Assembly: GCA_016704275.1 (NCBI GenBank)
Contig: JADJAK010000001.1
Location: forward strand, 496,985-560,984
Direction of reading: 5' to 3'
DNA: 64,000 bases
From: Gemmatimonadota bacterium
GTDB lineage: Bacteria; Gemmatimonadota; Gemmatimonadetes; Gemmatimonadales; GWC2-71-9
Positions 9,730-18,803 of the stretch are shown here, in pieces (the first letter of the stretch is position 1; the number at the start of each line of letters is the position of its first letter). The translations under genes and the position numbers were made by a program. Under the pieces are notes generated by a model that was given only the letters and a program-made list of their open reading frames with translations, searched no databases and was not told the DNA's origin.

Positions 9730-10769
9730 GCGCCGATCTCCAGGATGACCTTCCCCGCCTGACCCGCCTTGATGACCGCGATGGCGTCGGCGATCTGCTC
9801 GAGCGGGAAGCGGTGGGTGATGACGGGGCGAGGGTCGAGTTGGCCGGCGCGGAGAAACCGGAACATCTCGATCCAGGTGCGATACATCCGTCGGCCGGTG
9901 ACGCCGTAGAGGGTCAATCCCTTGAAGATGATGTCGCGGGCGAACTCCACTTCGGTCGTCTTGCTCGGTGTGCCGAGGAGGTTCACGCGGCCCCCGGGAC
10001 GGGCCGCGGCGAACGCCTGCGCATGTCCCGCCGGATGCCCGCTCATCTCGCACACCAGGTCGACGCCGATCCCGCCGGTGAGCTCGCGACACCGCGCGAC
10101 GACGTCGTCGCTGGCCGGGTCGAAGGTGTGGTGGGCCCCCATCTGCTCGGCGAGTTGCCGGCGGAAGGGGTTGAAGTCGGAGGCCAGGACCAGGGAGGCG
10201 CCGGCCGCCCGGAGGACCCCCACGGCGAAGCAGCCGATCGGGCCGCAACCCAGGACCAGCACGGTCGAGCCCGGGACCGCCCCCCCCTCAAGGGCGGTGT
10301 GGACCCCGTTCCCGATCGGGTCCATGATGGCGCCGATATCGGTCGGAATCCCGTCCAGCTTCATCACGTTGTCGGCGGGCATCGCGATGAAATCGGCGAA
10401 GGCGCCGTCGCGGTCGACGCCGATGATCCGGGTCCGCGCGCAGAGGTGTGCGTTGCCGGTGCGGCAGGGGATGCAGTGGCCACAGACGATGTGTCCCTCC
10501 GCGGTCACCAGGTCGCCGATGTGAAAAAGTCCCTCGCGTTCCGTCTCTGCTCCGAGCGCGACGATCTCGCCGGCGAACTCGTGGCCGATCACCACCGGTG
10601 GCTTCAGTCGGGCCGACGCCCACGCGTCCCACTCCCAGATGTGCAGGTCGGTGCCGCAGACGCCGGCGTGGTGCACCTTGATGAGGACGTCGCGTGAACC
10701 GACGTCGGGGACCGGTCGTTCGACGACGTCCATCCCGACGCCAGGAGCTGCCTTCACGACTGCACGCAT
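9726..10769 (-). CDS. tdh: L-threonine 3-dehydrogenase (Zn-dependent MDR family)
   Basis: 'MRAVVKAAPGVGMDVVERPVP...HAGVCGTDLHIWEWDAW...GHEFAGEIVALG...CGHCIPCRTGNAHLC'. Classic tdh-kbl gene pair. The upstream 76 codons of the track ORF look non-coding. Confidence 0.92.
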   Translation of the reverse strand: MRAVVKAAPGVGMDVVERPVPDVGSRDVLIKVHHAGVCGTDLHIWEWDAWASARLKPPVVIGHEFAGEIVALGAETEREGLFHIGDLVTAEGHIVCGHCIPCRTGNAHLCARTRIIGVDRDGAFADFIAMPADNVMKLDGIPTDIGAIMDPIGNGVHTALEGGAVPGSTVLVLGCGPIGCFAVGVLRAAGASLVLASDFNPFRRQLAEQMGAHHTFDPASDDVVARCRELTGGIGVDLVCEMSGHPAGHAQAFAAARPGGRVNLLGTPSKTTEVEFARDIIFKGLTLYGVTGRRMYRTWIEMFRFLRAGQLDPRPVITHRFPLEQIADAIAVIKAGQAGKVILEIGA

Positions 10770-11355
10770 GATGAATCCGGTGGTGAGGAAGCGCCAAATA
10801 TGGGTGACCGACCGGAGCAACCCAAGGTCCCCCCGCCGATGCCGCCAGAAAGATTTTGACCGTTCGTGGCCATTTTCGGGGGAGCGGCGGACCGGGCGCG
10901 CGGAGGGGAAAAATCCCCCGCTCGTGGCCGGTTGGAGGATCTCGTCGCGTGCGCGGCGCGCACCGCGCGGCATCGGCGCGTTCGTGACGCGCTGCACGGG
11001 ATGGTGCGTGTCGTGCGCTCACGCGTATCGTGGAAAGCCGCATTTCACAAGGCTTTGCGGCCGACGCGCGCACAGTGCGACATCGCGACGCGCCGGTGCG
11101 CGCGATGCAACACACGCCGCGCGCGCATCATGATGCCGCCCCGTGGCGCCGTATTCTCGGTGCCAAATTCATGTGGACGATCGGTGGAAGCCGATGCCCC
11201 GGTGAGGGTTCCGGGTTGCGGGGGGTATTGCGCCCGGAAGGAAAATTTTGATCTTGTATATGCCGACGCTACTCCGCCGACAGGAGCGGGTCGTCGCCGT
11301 GAGTACCGCACGTACGTCGAGTGCTCACGAATTTTTTAATCCTCAGGGAGGCTCC

Positions 11356-11559
11356 ATGGCTACCAAGAAGGCTGCGAAGAAGGCCGCGAAGCGGCCGGCG
11401 AAGAAGGCCGCGAAGAAGGCTGCCAAGCGTCCGGCGAAGAAGGCCGCGAAGAAGGGCGCGAAGAAGGCTGCCAAGCGTCCGGCGAAGAAGGCTGCCAAGA
11501 AGGCCGCCAAGCGTCCGGCGAAGAAGGCCGCCAAGAAGGCCGCGAAGAAGGCTGCGTAA
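11356..11559 (+). CDS. histone H1-like Lys/Ala-rich DNA-binding protein (67 aa)
   Basis: ATG preceded by GGGAGG. Protein is 'MATKKAAKKAAKRPAKKAAKK...' throughout. Followed by a strong hairpin terminator. The track ORF start at 11248 is probably too far upstream. Confidence 0.75.
   Translation: MATKKAAKKAAKRPAKKAAKKAAKRPAKKAAKKGAKKAAKRPAKKAAKKAAKRPAKKAAKKAAKKAA
11365..11556 (+). repeat. in-frame coding tandem repeat (12-nt KKAA sub-unit organised in 36/48-nt KRPAKKAAKKAA units)
   Basis: KRP recurs at residues 12, 24, 40 and 52. The DNA units 'aagcgtccggcgaagaaggc(c/t)gc(c/g)aagaaggc...' are near-identical. Confidence 0.85.
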
Positions 11560-11600
11560 GCAGTCGCTCTCGCGGCCTTCGCCGTGAGAGGCAGCTAAGT

Positions 11601-11635
11601 AAAAAGGGCCGGCACGTTGCCGGCCCTATGCTTTT
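11601..11635. terminator. bidirectional rho-independent terminator
   Basis: AAAAA-GGGCCGGCA-cgt-TGCCGGCCC-tatgCTTTT. Perfect 9-bp GC stem flanked by an A-run and a T-run. It lies between convergent genes (H1-like on +, methyltransferase-like on -). Confidence 0.85.
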
Positions 11636-11650
11636 CCCCCCACCGCCAAA

Positions 11651-12517
11651 TCAGGCTCGGGCGTTGTGTCGCCCGGTCACCGTCTGTTCGGCCGCCGGCT
11701 TGCAGAAGAGCGCGCCGCGCGACGCCATCCCGCGCGTCCGACGTCCGGTCGGCGGCAGGGTTTCCCGCAGCCAACTGGTGTAGTGTCCGGCAAAGCCCTC
11801 CGGCCCGGCCCCCTGGCCGTCCGGCACCAGGGCGTGCAGCCCGCCGGGGGCGGTCAATCCCTGGAGTTCGGTCAGCAGGACCTGGCGCTCACCCGGCGAG
11901 AGGGAGGAGAGGGTGCCCGCGTCGAGCACCACCAGCGCGAAGCCCCCCGGAATGCAGGGGAGCCACTGGCCGAACTGGACGCAGATCGCATCGAAGGTCG
12001 ACGACAGCGATTCATCGGCGACCCGACCCTCGGCCCGCTCGACGACGGTGAAGTCCCGGTCGAGGAAGGTCACGTCGGCATCATGGGCAGCGAGGAGGTA
12101 GGCGCACTGCTCGGCGCCGACGCCGACCACGAGCGCCTGGTCGCCCGGCTCGATCCGCGGTGCCAGCCCCGCCACCAGATGGGTGTCGTCGAGGTTCCAG
12201 TGGATCGGTTCGCGCTGCGCCGCCCGACGCTTCGGGTAGGACTTCCGCCACGCCTCGAAGCCGCGGATCCCGAGCATCTGGATGATCAGCGCGTCGACCG
12301 CTTCCTGCGCGAGGACTTCGGTGAGGAGGAACTGGTCGGCGTCCGAGCGGCGCACTTCGCAAACGGCCTTGTCCGCGAGGCGCATCAGCTCCTCGCGGGA
12401 GATCCGGTTCTTGTACTGCTCGACCCGGTCCATGATGTAGAGATCGTATTGCTGGCGCAGCGAGCGGAGGGGACGCCGCCGGGGGGCGGTCGCGAGAAGC
12501 TGCTGCTGGGAAAGCAT
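11651..12517 (-). CDS. hypothetical protein with class I SAM-methyltransferase-like core
   Basis: 288-aa ORF with protein-like composition. Possible motif I 'ALVVGVGAEQCAYLLAAHDADVTFLD'. The opposite-strand ORF here is Arg/Gly-rich junk. Confidence 0.7.
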   Translation of the reverse strand: MLSQQQLLATAPRRRPLRSLRQQYDLYIMDRVEQYKNRISREELMRLADKAVCEVRRSDADQFLLTEVLAQEAVDALIIQMLGIRGFEAWRKSYPKRRAAQREPIHWNLDDTHLVAGLAPRIEPGDQALVVGVGAEQCAYLLAAHDADVTFLDRDFTVVERAEGRVADESLSSTFDAICVQFGQWLPCIPGGFALVVLDAGTLSSLSPGERQVLLTELQGLTAPGGLHALVPDGQGAGPEGFAGHYTSWLRETLPPTGRRTRGMASRGALFCKPAAEQTVTGRHNARA

Positions 12518-12547
12518 CCCACAACTTTGCGAAATTGCGCCCCCGCG

Positions 12548-13702
12548 TCAATCCGCTCGGAGGATGGCCCCCTTCAAATAGCCGGTTTCCGGGATGGTGA
12601 TGACCTCCGGATGGTCGACGCCCTGGCCCAGCACACTGTGCAGCGTCAGCCGGCGGCCACTGTCGGCGGCGGCCCCGGCGAGCATCGCGAGGAATTCCGG
12701 TCGCCGCACGTGGAAGGAACAGGAGGCGCTGACGAGCCAGCCCCCCGGGGCCAGCAGGCGCATCGCCCGGCGATTGACCTCATGGTAGCCGCGGAGCGCG
12801 GCGGGGACGCTGGCCTTGCTCTTCGCGAAGGCCGGCGGGTCGACCACGACGACATCGAAGCGGCGGCCCTCGCGCCCCCAGGCCGGGAGGACGTCGAAGG
12901 CGTCGCCGGTCACGAACTCGATCTGGCCGAAGCCGTTGAGCGCCGCGTGCTCTGCCCCACGGGCGAGCGCGTCCGCCGAGACGTCGAGCGCCGTCACGGC
13001 GGAGGCGCGCTGCGCGAGGTGGAGCGCAAAGGAGCCATGGTAGGAGAAGCAGTCGAGCGCGGTGCCGCCCTCCGGGACGAGGGCGCCGGCGAGTTGGCGG
13101 TTCTCCCGCTGGTCGAGAAAGGCGCCGGTCTTCTGTCCGGTCCACGGCGCGGCGTACCAGCGCACCGACCCCTCGCGCACCTCGACCTGTTCCGGCACCG
13201 TCCCCATCGCGAGCTCGACGCGATCGTCGAGCCCCTCGAGCCGGCGGGTGGGGACGTCGTGTCGGAGGAGAATCCCCTCGGGCTGGAACACCTCGCGAAG
13301 CGCCTCGACAATCATCGCCCGCTGCGTCTCAAGACCGGCCGAGAGCAGCTGCACCACGAGCCATCGGTCGTAGCGGTCGACGATCAATGCCGGGAGCCCG
13401 TCGCCCTCGGCGTGCACCGCGCGCCACGCCGAGGCATCGAGACCGAGCCGCCGGTCGCGGCATTCAGTGAGCCGCTCGCGCCACCAGCCACCATCGATCG
13501 GGACGTCGCGCCGCTCGAGCAGGCGCAGGCGGATCTCCGAGCTCGGCGAGCAGAGTGCCCGCCCGAGAAAGCGGCCGCGTCCGTCGCGCACCGCGACCAC
13601 GCCAGCTTCCGGCGGGTGCTCGCGCACGTCGCTTCGGTAAATCCACGGGTGGCCCGTGGTCCATCGCTTGGCCCCGCGATCGCTCACGATGGCGTCGGTC
13701 AT
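12548..13702 (-). CDS. rlmI: class I SAM-dependent rRNA methyltransferase, RlmI-like (PUA + MTase)
   Basis: 'GHPWIYRSDV' PUA-like N-terminus, 'WTGQKTGAFLDQRENR', 'ALDCFSYHGSFALH', 'VVVDPPAFAKSK'. Canonical RlmI/YwbD-family blocks. Confidence 0.85.
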   Translation of the reverse strand: MTDAIVSDRGAKRWTTGHPWIYRSDVREHPPEAGVVAVRDGRGRFLGRALCSPSSEIRLRLLERRDVPIDGGWWRERLTECRDRRLGLDASAWRAVHAEGDGLPALIVDRYDRWLVVQLLSAGLETQRAMIVEALREVFQPEGILLRHDVPTRRLEGLDDRVELAMGTVPEQVEVREGSVRWYAAPWTGQKTGAFLDQRENRQLAGALVPEGGTALDCFSYHGSFALHLAQRASAVTALDVSADALARGAEHAALNGFGQIEFVTGDAFDVLPAWGREGRRFDVVVVDPPAFAKSKASVPAALRGYHEVNRRAMRLLAPGGWLVSASCSFHVRRPEFLAMLAGAAADSGRRLTLHSVLGQGVDHPEVITIPETGYLKGAILRAD

Positions 13703-13753
13703 CGGTCCCTCCGGCTGGCGTTGCCGGGGCGACCCCCGCTGATTTCGTTCCGC

Positions 13754-14377
13754 ATGCGCGAGAATCTAGCCGCCACCCTCCGTCTCCTGCTCGTGACCGA
13801 CGACGCCCTGCTGGGCGCGCGCGACCCGATCGCCGTGGCGCGCGCCGCCGTCGCGGGAGGCGTCACCGCCATTCAGCTCCGGCTCAAGCACGCCACCGAT
13901 CGCGACCTTCTCGCGCTGGCCCGCCACCTCGTGGCGCTCCTGCCGGTCCCGATCTTCGTCAACGACCGGCTCGACATCGCCATCGCCGCCGGCGCGGCGG
14001 GCGTCCATCTCGGCGCCGACGACCTCCCGCCAGCCCGGGCCCGGCGAATCGTCCCCGCGGGATTCCTCCTGGGTGCGTCGGTGGGCAGTCACGCCGAAAT
14101 CGAGCGCGGGCTCGCCGCCGACTATTGGGGCATCGGGCCGCTGCATGGCACCCGCACCAAGGATGATGCCGGCCTGGCCCTCGGACGCGATGGGGCCGCG
14201 ATGCTGCTGGCGGCGGCGGGCACTCGTCCATGCGTGGTCATCGGTGGCGTACAGCCGGAGGATGTCGCGCCGGCGCTCGCCGCAGGCTTTGCGGGCGTCG
14301 CCGTGGCGAGCGGGATTCTGGGGGGGGAGGATGTGGAGGGGGGGGCGAGGAAGTACCGGATGATGGATGATGGATGA
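13754..14377 (+). CDS. thiE: thiamine-phosphate synthase
   Basis: Last 207 codons of track ORF 11666..14377: 'LLLVTDD...GGVTAIQLRLK...IFVNDRLDIAIAAGAAGVHLGADD...GASVGS...YWGIGPLHGTRTK...VIGGV...GVAVASGIL'. The C-terminal 'RMMDDG*' is encoded by the heptamer repeat. Confidence 0.9.
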   Translation: MRENLAATLRLLLVTDDALLGARDPIAVARAAVAGGVTAIQLRLKHATDRDLLALARHLVALLPVPIFVNDRLDIAIAAGAAGVHLGADDLPPARARRIVPAGFLLGASVGSHAEIERGLAADYWGIGPLHGTRTKDDAGLALGRDGAAMLLAAAGTRPCVVIGGVQPEDVAPALAAGFAGVAVASGILGGEDVEGGARKYRMMDDG

Positions 14378-14545
14378 TGGATAATTGCAGAATGCTGTCA
14401 TCCTGAGCGGAGCAGCCCGCAGGGCTGCGCAGTCGAAGGACCTCTTCCCCGAAGCGCTCGGAGAGGGGTCCTTCGACTTCGCGACGGCTACGCCGCCGCT
14501 TCGCTCAGGATGACAATTCCATCACCCATCATCCATCATCCATCG
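14358..14545. repeat. composite nested palindromic element (heptad arms plus inner inverted repeats)
   Basis: Outer arms are (GGATGAT)x3-GGATAAT at 14358-14385 and (ATCATCC)n at about 14521-14545. Inner perfect 14-bp IR TGTCATCCTGAGCG (14396-14409) / CGCTCAGGATGACA (14502-14515). 7-bp hairpin GCAGCCC-gca-GGGCTGC. 11-bp IR GTCGAAGGACC (14432-14442) / GGTCCTTCGAC (14467-14477). Confidence 0.9.
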
Positions 14546-14548
14546 TCC

Positions 14549-15514
14549 CTATCGGCCTCGCACCTGCTTGATATTCCGCAAATGCTGCGAGTACTCCACC
14601 GCAAAGAGATGCGTCCCGTCGCCCACGGCGACGAAGTAGAGCTCGCGCCCCGGGGCGGGGGAGAGCACCGCCTCGATCGCGGCATCGCTCGGGTTGCCGA
14701 TCGGTGTCGGTGGCAGGCCGGTGTGGAGATAGCTGTTGTAGGGTGACGGGTAGGCGTAATCCTTGTTGTAGAGCCGCGGCTTCCGCGCGCCCGAATCGAC
14801 CAGGTAGGCGTACTGGATTGTCGGGTCGGCCTGGAGGGGCATGCCCAGGCGGAGCCGGTTCCGATAGACGGCCGCGATCCGCGGCAGCTCGACGGCGCGC
14901 ATCGCCTCGGCCTCGATGATCGAAGCGAGGGAGATCACGTCGGCCTGGTCGAGGTCGGCGGCGTCGGCACGTGCCTTCCAATCAGCCGGCCAATGCGAAC
15001 GGCGGGCGTCGAGGAACGCCTCGAGCACCTCCTTCGCTCCGCCGAGACCGGTGAAGGTGAAGGTGACCGGACGGAGCCACCCTTCGACGGTGGCACCCGG
15101 GATCCCGAATTCCCGGCGCAGGGCGCTGTCGCGGGCCGCGCGGAGCAAGGTGTCGGCGGGAATCGCCAGCACACTCTCGGCCCGGCGGGCGAGGTCGAAG
15201 AGCGTGGCGCCTTCGGGGAGCGTGATCTTGAATCGGACGGCATCGCCGCTCGCCAGCCGGTCGAGCAGTGCGGCGGTCGAACTGCCGGGGACGAATTCGT
15301 AGACGCCGGGCTTGAGCCGCCGATCGACACCCTGCATCCGCCCACGCAGCCGGAACCAGCGCGCGTTGGCGATGATGCCACGCGCCACGAGCGAGTCGCC
15401 GATGCTGGCCAGCGTGCTCCCCTTGGGGACGCCCACGCGGACCGCCGGACCGTCGCCTCCGCCACACGCGGTGAGGAGAGCGAGCGCCACGAACGCCACG
15501 CGCCGGCGGCTCAT
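14549..15514 (-). CDS. mltG: endolytic murein transglycosylase MltG (YceG-like)
   Basis: Signal-anchor 'MSRRRVAFVALALLTACGG'. YceG blocks 'ASIIEAEA', 'VYRNRLRLGMPLQADPTIQYA', 'YNSYLHTGLPPTPIGNPS'. Follows ruvX as in many bacteria. Start taken at the internal Met (aa 8 of the track ORF). Confidence 0.88.
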   Translation of the reverse strand: MSRRRVAFVALALLTACGGGDGPAVRVGVPKGSTLASIGDSLVARGIIANARWFRLRGRMQGVDRRLKPGVYEFVPGSSTAALLDRLASGDAVRFKITLPEGATLFDLARRAESVLAIPADTLLRAARDSALRREFGIPGATVEGWLRPVTFTFTGLGGAKEVLEAFLDARRSHWPADWKARADAADLDQADVISLASIIEAEAMRAVELPRIAAVYRNRLRLGMPLQADPTIQYAYLVDSGARKPRLYNKDYAYPSPYNSYLHTGLPPTPIGNPSDAAIEAVLSPAPGRELYFVAVGDGTHLFAVEYSQHLRNIKQVRGR

Positions 15515-15996
15515 TTCCGCCTCGCGTCGAGCCAACGCTCCAGCACGATCGCGGCGGCCATCGCATCGATGTCGGCCTTCCGCTGGCGCGGGGCGATGCC
15601 GCGCTCGGTCAGCCGCTCGAGCGTTTCGGCGGTCGTGAAGCTCTCATCGATCCACGCGATCGGCAGCGATGCGCGGGCTGCGAACTGCTCCCCCATGGCG
15701 CGTGCTGCCAGCGCGGACTCTCCTTCGGCCCCCTCGTCATCGAGGGGGAGCCCGACCACCAGGCCGACCGGATGCTCGCGCTCGACCAGATCGAGAAACT
15801 GCCCCAACGGCAAGCGTTTCCCCGCCCGGCGCGTGAGCGTGCCGAGCGGGGAGGCGAGAAGCTGCGTCTCATCGGTGATCGCGACGCCGATGCGGGCGTG
15901 GCCCCAGTCGAGGGCCAGGACGCGGCCAGTGTGGATGGTCGTGGAGGCGGTGTAGGTCGATGAGTCGTAGTCGATCGAGGGGGGGTCATCGATCAT
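15511..15996 (-). CDS. ruvX: Holliday junction resolvase-like nuclease RuvX/YqgF
   Basis: 'RVLALDWGHARIGVAITDE...PLGTL...VGLVVGLPLDDEG...' YqgF family. The first ~25 codons overlap a repeat region, so the true start may be further downstream. Confidence 0.8.
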   Translation of the reverse strand: MIDDPPSIDYDSSTYTASTTIHTGRVLALDWGHARIGVAITDETQLLASPLGTLTRRAGKRLPLGQFLDLVEREHPVGLVVGLPLDDEGAEGESALAARAMGEQFAARASLPIAWIDESFTTAETLERLTERGIAPRQRKADIDAMAAAIVLERWLDARRK

Positions 15997-16008
15997 CGAT
16001 TCCGAACC

Positions 16009-17256
<1,248 letters not shown>

Positions 17257-17373
17257 GGATATCTCCGGGTGGCGTCGCCAACCCCGCCGGCCAACGCGGC
17301 ACGACAGGATGGAGCGGGCTTTGGGCGTTCGGTCTGGTTGCTGGGCGTATGGGGCTCGCGCGAAGGCGCGAAG

Positions 17374-18585
17374 ATGACCATCGGAAGGGACGCGGGGGTT
17401 CCTGCAATTGCCCAATCATATGGGGCGTTTGGCGCCCCGTCAACACCAGCGATGACCGACCCGCGCGCGTTCTTCTCCGTCTGGCGGTCCCAGCCGCTGG
17501 CCGGGACCCGCGAGGTGCTGGATGGCGTGGTCGCCCCGGAACACCGGGGTCCCTCGCCTGCGCTCTCGGCGCTCCTGGCCTCGTGGCCGGGGGCGTGGTA
17601 TTGGGCCGACGACGCGAAGTCCCGACTGGTCCTTATCCAAGGGACGGTCCCGGCCCGCCCCGAACGCTGGTTGTGGCACGGCGCGCTCTTGGCGCTGACG
17701 GTCCTCTGCACGCTCGGCGCGGGCGCCGTGCTGCAGAGCCGCTGGGTGCCGACCGTTCATCCCGGGTTCTGGGGCGCGGTGCGTTCCGTGGTCGAATTCG
17801 CGGAATTTGCGCTCCAGGGTGGCTGGCGGACCTTGCTGCCGGGGTGGGAGTTCGCCGCGCCGCTGCTCTCCATCCTCCTCGTCCACGAACTGGGCCATTA
17901 CTGGACCGCGCGGCGCTATGCCATCGATGTCTCGCCGCCCTACTTCCTGCCGGTGCCCCCAAACCTCTCGCCGATCGGTGGACTCGGGGCGTACATCCGC
18001 CTCCGGTCACCGATCTATGATCGGCGGCAGCTGCTCGATGTCGGCGCCGCGGGGCCGCTGGCGGGGTTCGTGGTGGCTATTGGCGTGATGATCTGGGGCT
18101 ACCAGCTCTCGCATCGCATGGAGCTCCCGCTGGCCGGATCTGCGTCCTTCGTGCTGTTTGCCGGGAAGCCGGCGTTCCTGGGTGACTCGTTTCTGACCCA
18201 TCAGCTGAGGGAGTGGCTCCTGCCGGGCACTGGGGCAGTGCTCCTCTCGCCGCAGGCCTTTGCCGGTTGGGTCGGTCTCTTCATTACGGGGCTCAACCTG
18301 CTGCCCCTGTCGCAGTTGGACGGCGGGCATGTCCTCTACGGCTTGGTCGGCCGCCGGCAGAAGACGATCGGGCTGCTCTGTGTCGGCGCCTTGCTCCTCC
18401 TCGCGCCGCGGGCACCGATGTGGTATCTCTGGGTTGTCCTGACCTTCGCCATTGGTGGCGGACGCTGGACCCACCCGGAAGTGGTGTTGCCTGAACGTCC
18501 GGTGCTCGCGGCCGGACGCTGGACCGGCTTCTTCTGCATCGTCGTCTTCCTGCTGACCTTCGTGCCAGTCCCCTTCCTTCGCTGA
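17374..18585 (+). CDS. site-2 protease family (peptidase M50) membrane metalloprotease
   Basis: HExxH '[15 protein letters not shown]', multiple TM helices, '[13 protein letters not shown]' motif. Only the 3' third of track ORF 16012..18585 is coding. An alternative start is at 17452. Confidence 0.82.
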   Translation: MTIGRDAGVPAIAQSYGAFGAPSTPAMTDPRAFFSVWRSQPLAGTREVLDGVVAPEHRGPSPALSALLASWPGAWYWADDAKSRLVLIQGTVPARPERWLWHGALLALTVLCTLGAGAVLQSRWVPTVHPGFWGAVRSVVEFAEFALQGGWRTLLPGWEFAAPLLSILLVHELGHYWTARRYAIDVSPPYFLPVPPNLSPIGGLGAYIRLRSPIYDRRQLLDVGAAGPLAGFVVAIGVMIWGYQLSHRMELPLAGSASFVLFAGKPAFLGDSFLTHQLREWLLPGTGAVLLSPQAFAGWVGLFITGLNLLPLSQLDGGHVLYGLVGRRQKTIGLLCVGALLLLAPRAPMWYLWVVLTFAIGGGRWTHPEVVLPERPVLAAGRWTGFFCIVVFLLTFVPVPFLR

Positions 18586-18596
18586 CGAGGTCCCGC

Positions 18597-18797
18597 ATGG
18601 CCGAGCCCGATCCGATTGCCAAGTTGCGCCACGACCTCGCCAATCCGCTGGCCGCCATTCTCGCCGAGACGCAACTGCTGCTGATCGGCGACGAGGAGAT
18701 GTCGGCCGATGTGAAGCAGGCGCTGAAGGAGATCGAGAAGCTGGCGATCCGGATGCGCGCGATCCTGCGCGGCACCCAGGAAGCCCCGGGCGCCTAG
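18597..18797 (+). CDS. stand-alone HisKA/DHp-like mini-protein (66 aa)
   Basis: 'IAKLRHDLANPLAAILAETQLLL' is a canonical H-box helix. A second helix is 'SADVKQALKEIEKLAIRMRAILRG'. No ATPase domain. Lies 12 nt downstream of the M50 gene. Confidence 0.6.
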   Translation: MAEPDPIAKLRHDLANPLAAILAETQLLLIGDEEMSADVKQALKEIEKLAIRMRAILRGTQEAPGA

Positions 18798-18803
18798 CCG
18801 ACG

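Noticed and set aside
10770-10960. Glycine riboswitch upstream of tdh-kbl
   Set aside because: I could not find the conserved GGAGAG...CACCG...GGGCAA-type cores on the minus strand. Only generic GC hairpins are present.
11225-11250. SRP-RNA-like 'CCCGGAAGGAA' motif
   Set aside because: Only this short string matches. The surrounding sequence lacks the conserved GCAGC/GGUGCUGUU context and the long helix of 4.5S RNA.
11343-11534. 63-aa minus-strand ORF 'AAFFAGRLAAF...'
   Set aside because: It is the mirror image of the KKAA repeat of the H1-like gene. It has no start context and no terminator.
11666-13750. The first ~700 codons of the 903-aa ORF 11666..14377
   Set aside because: This part is antisense to two well-supported methyltransferase genes. 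Only the last 207 codons (thiE) are coding.
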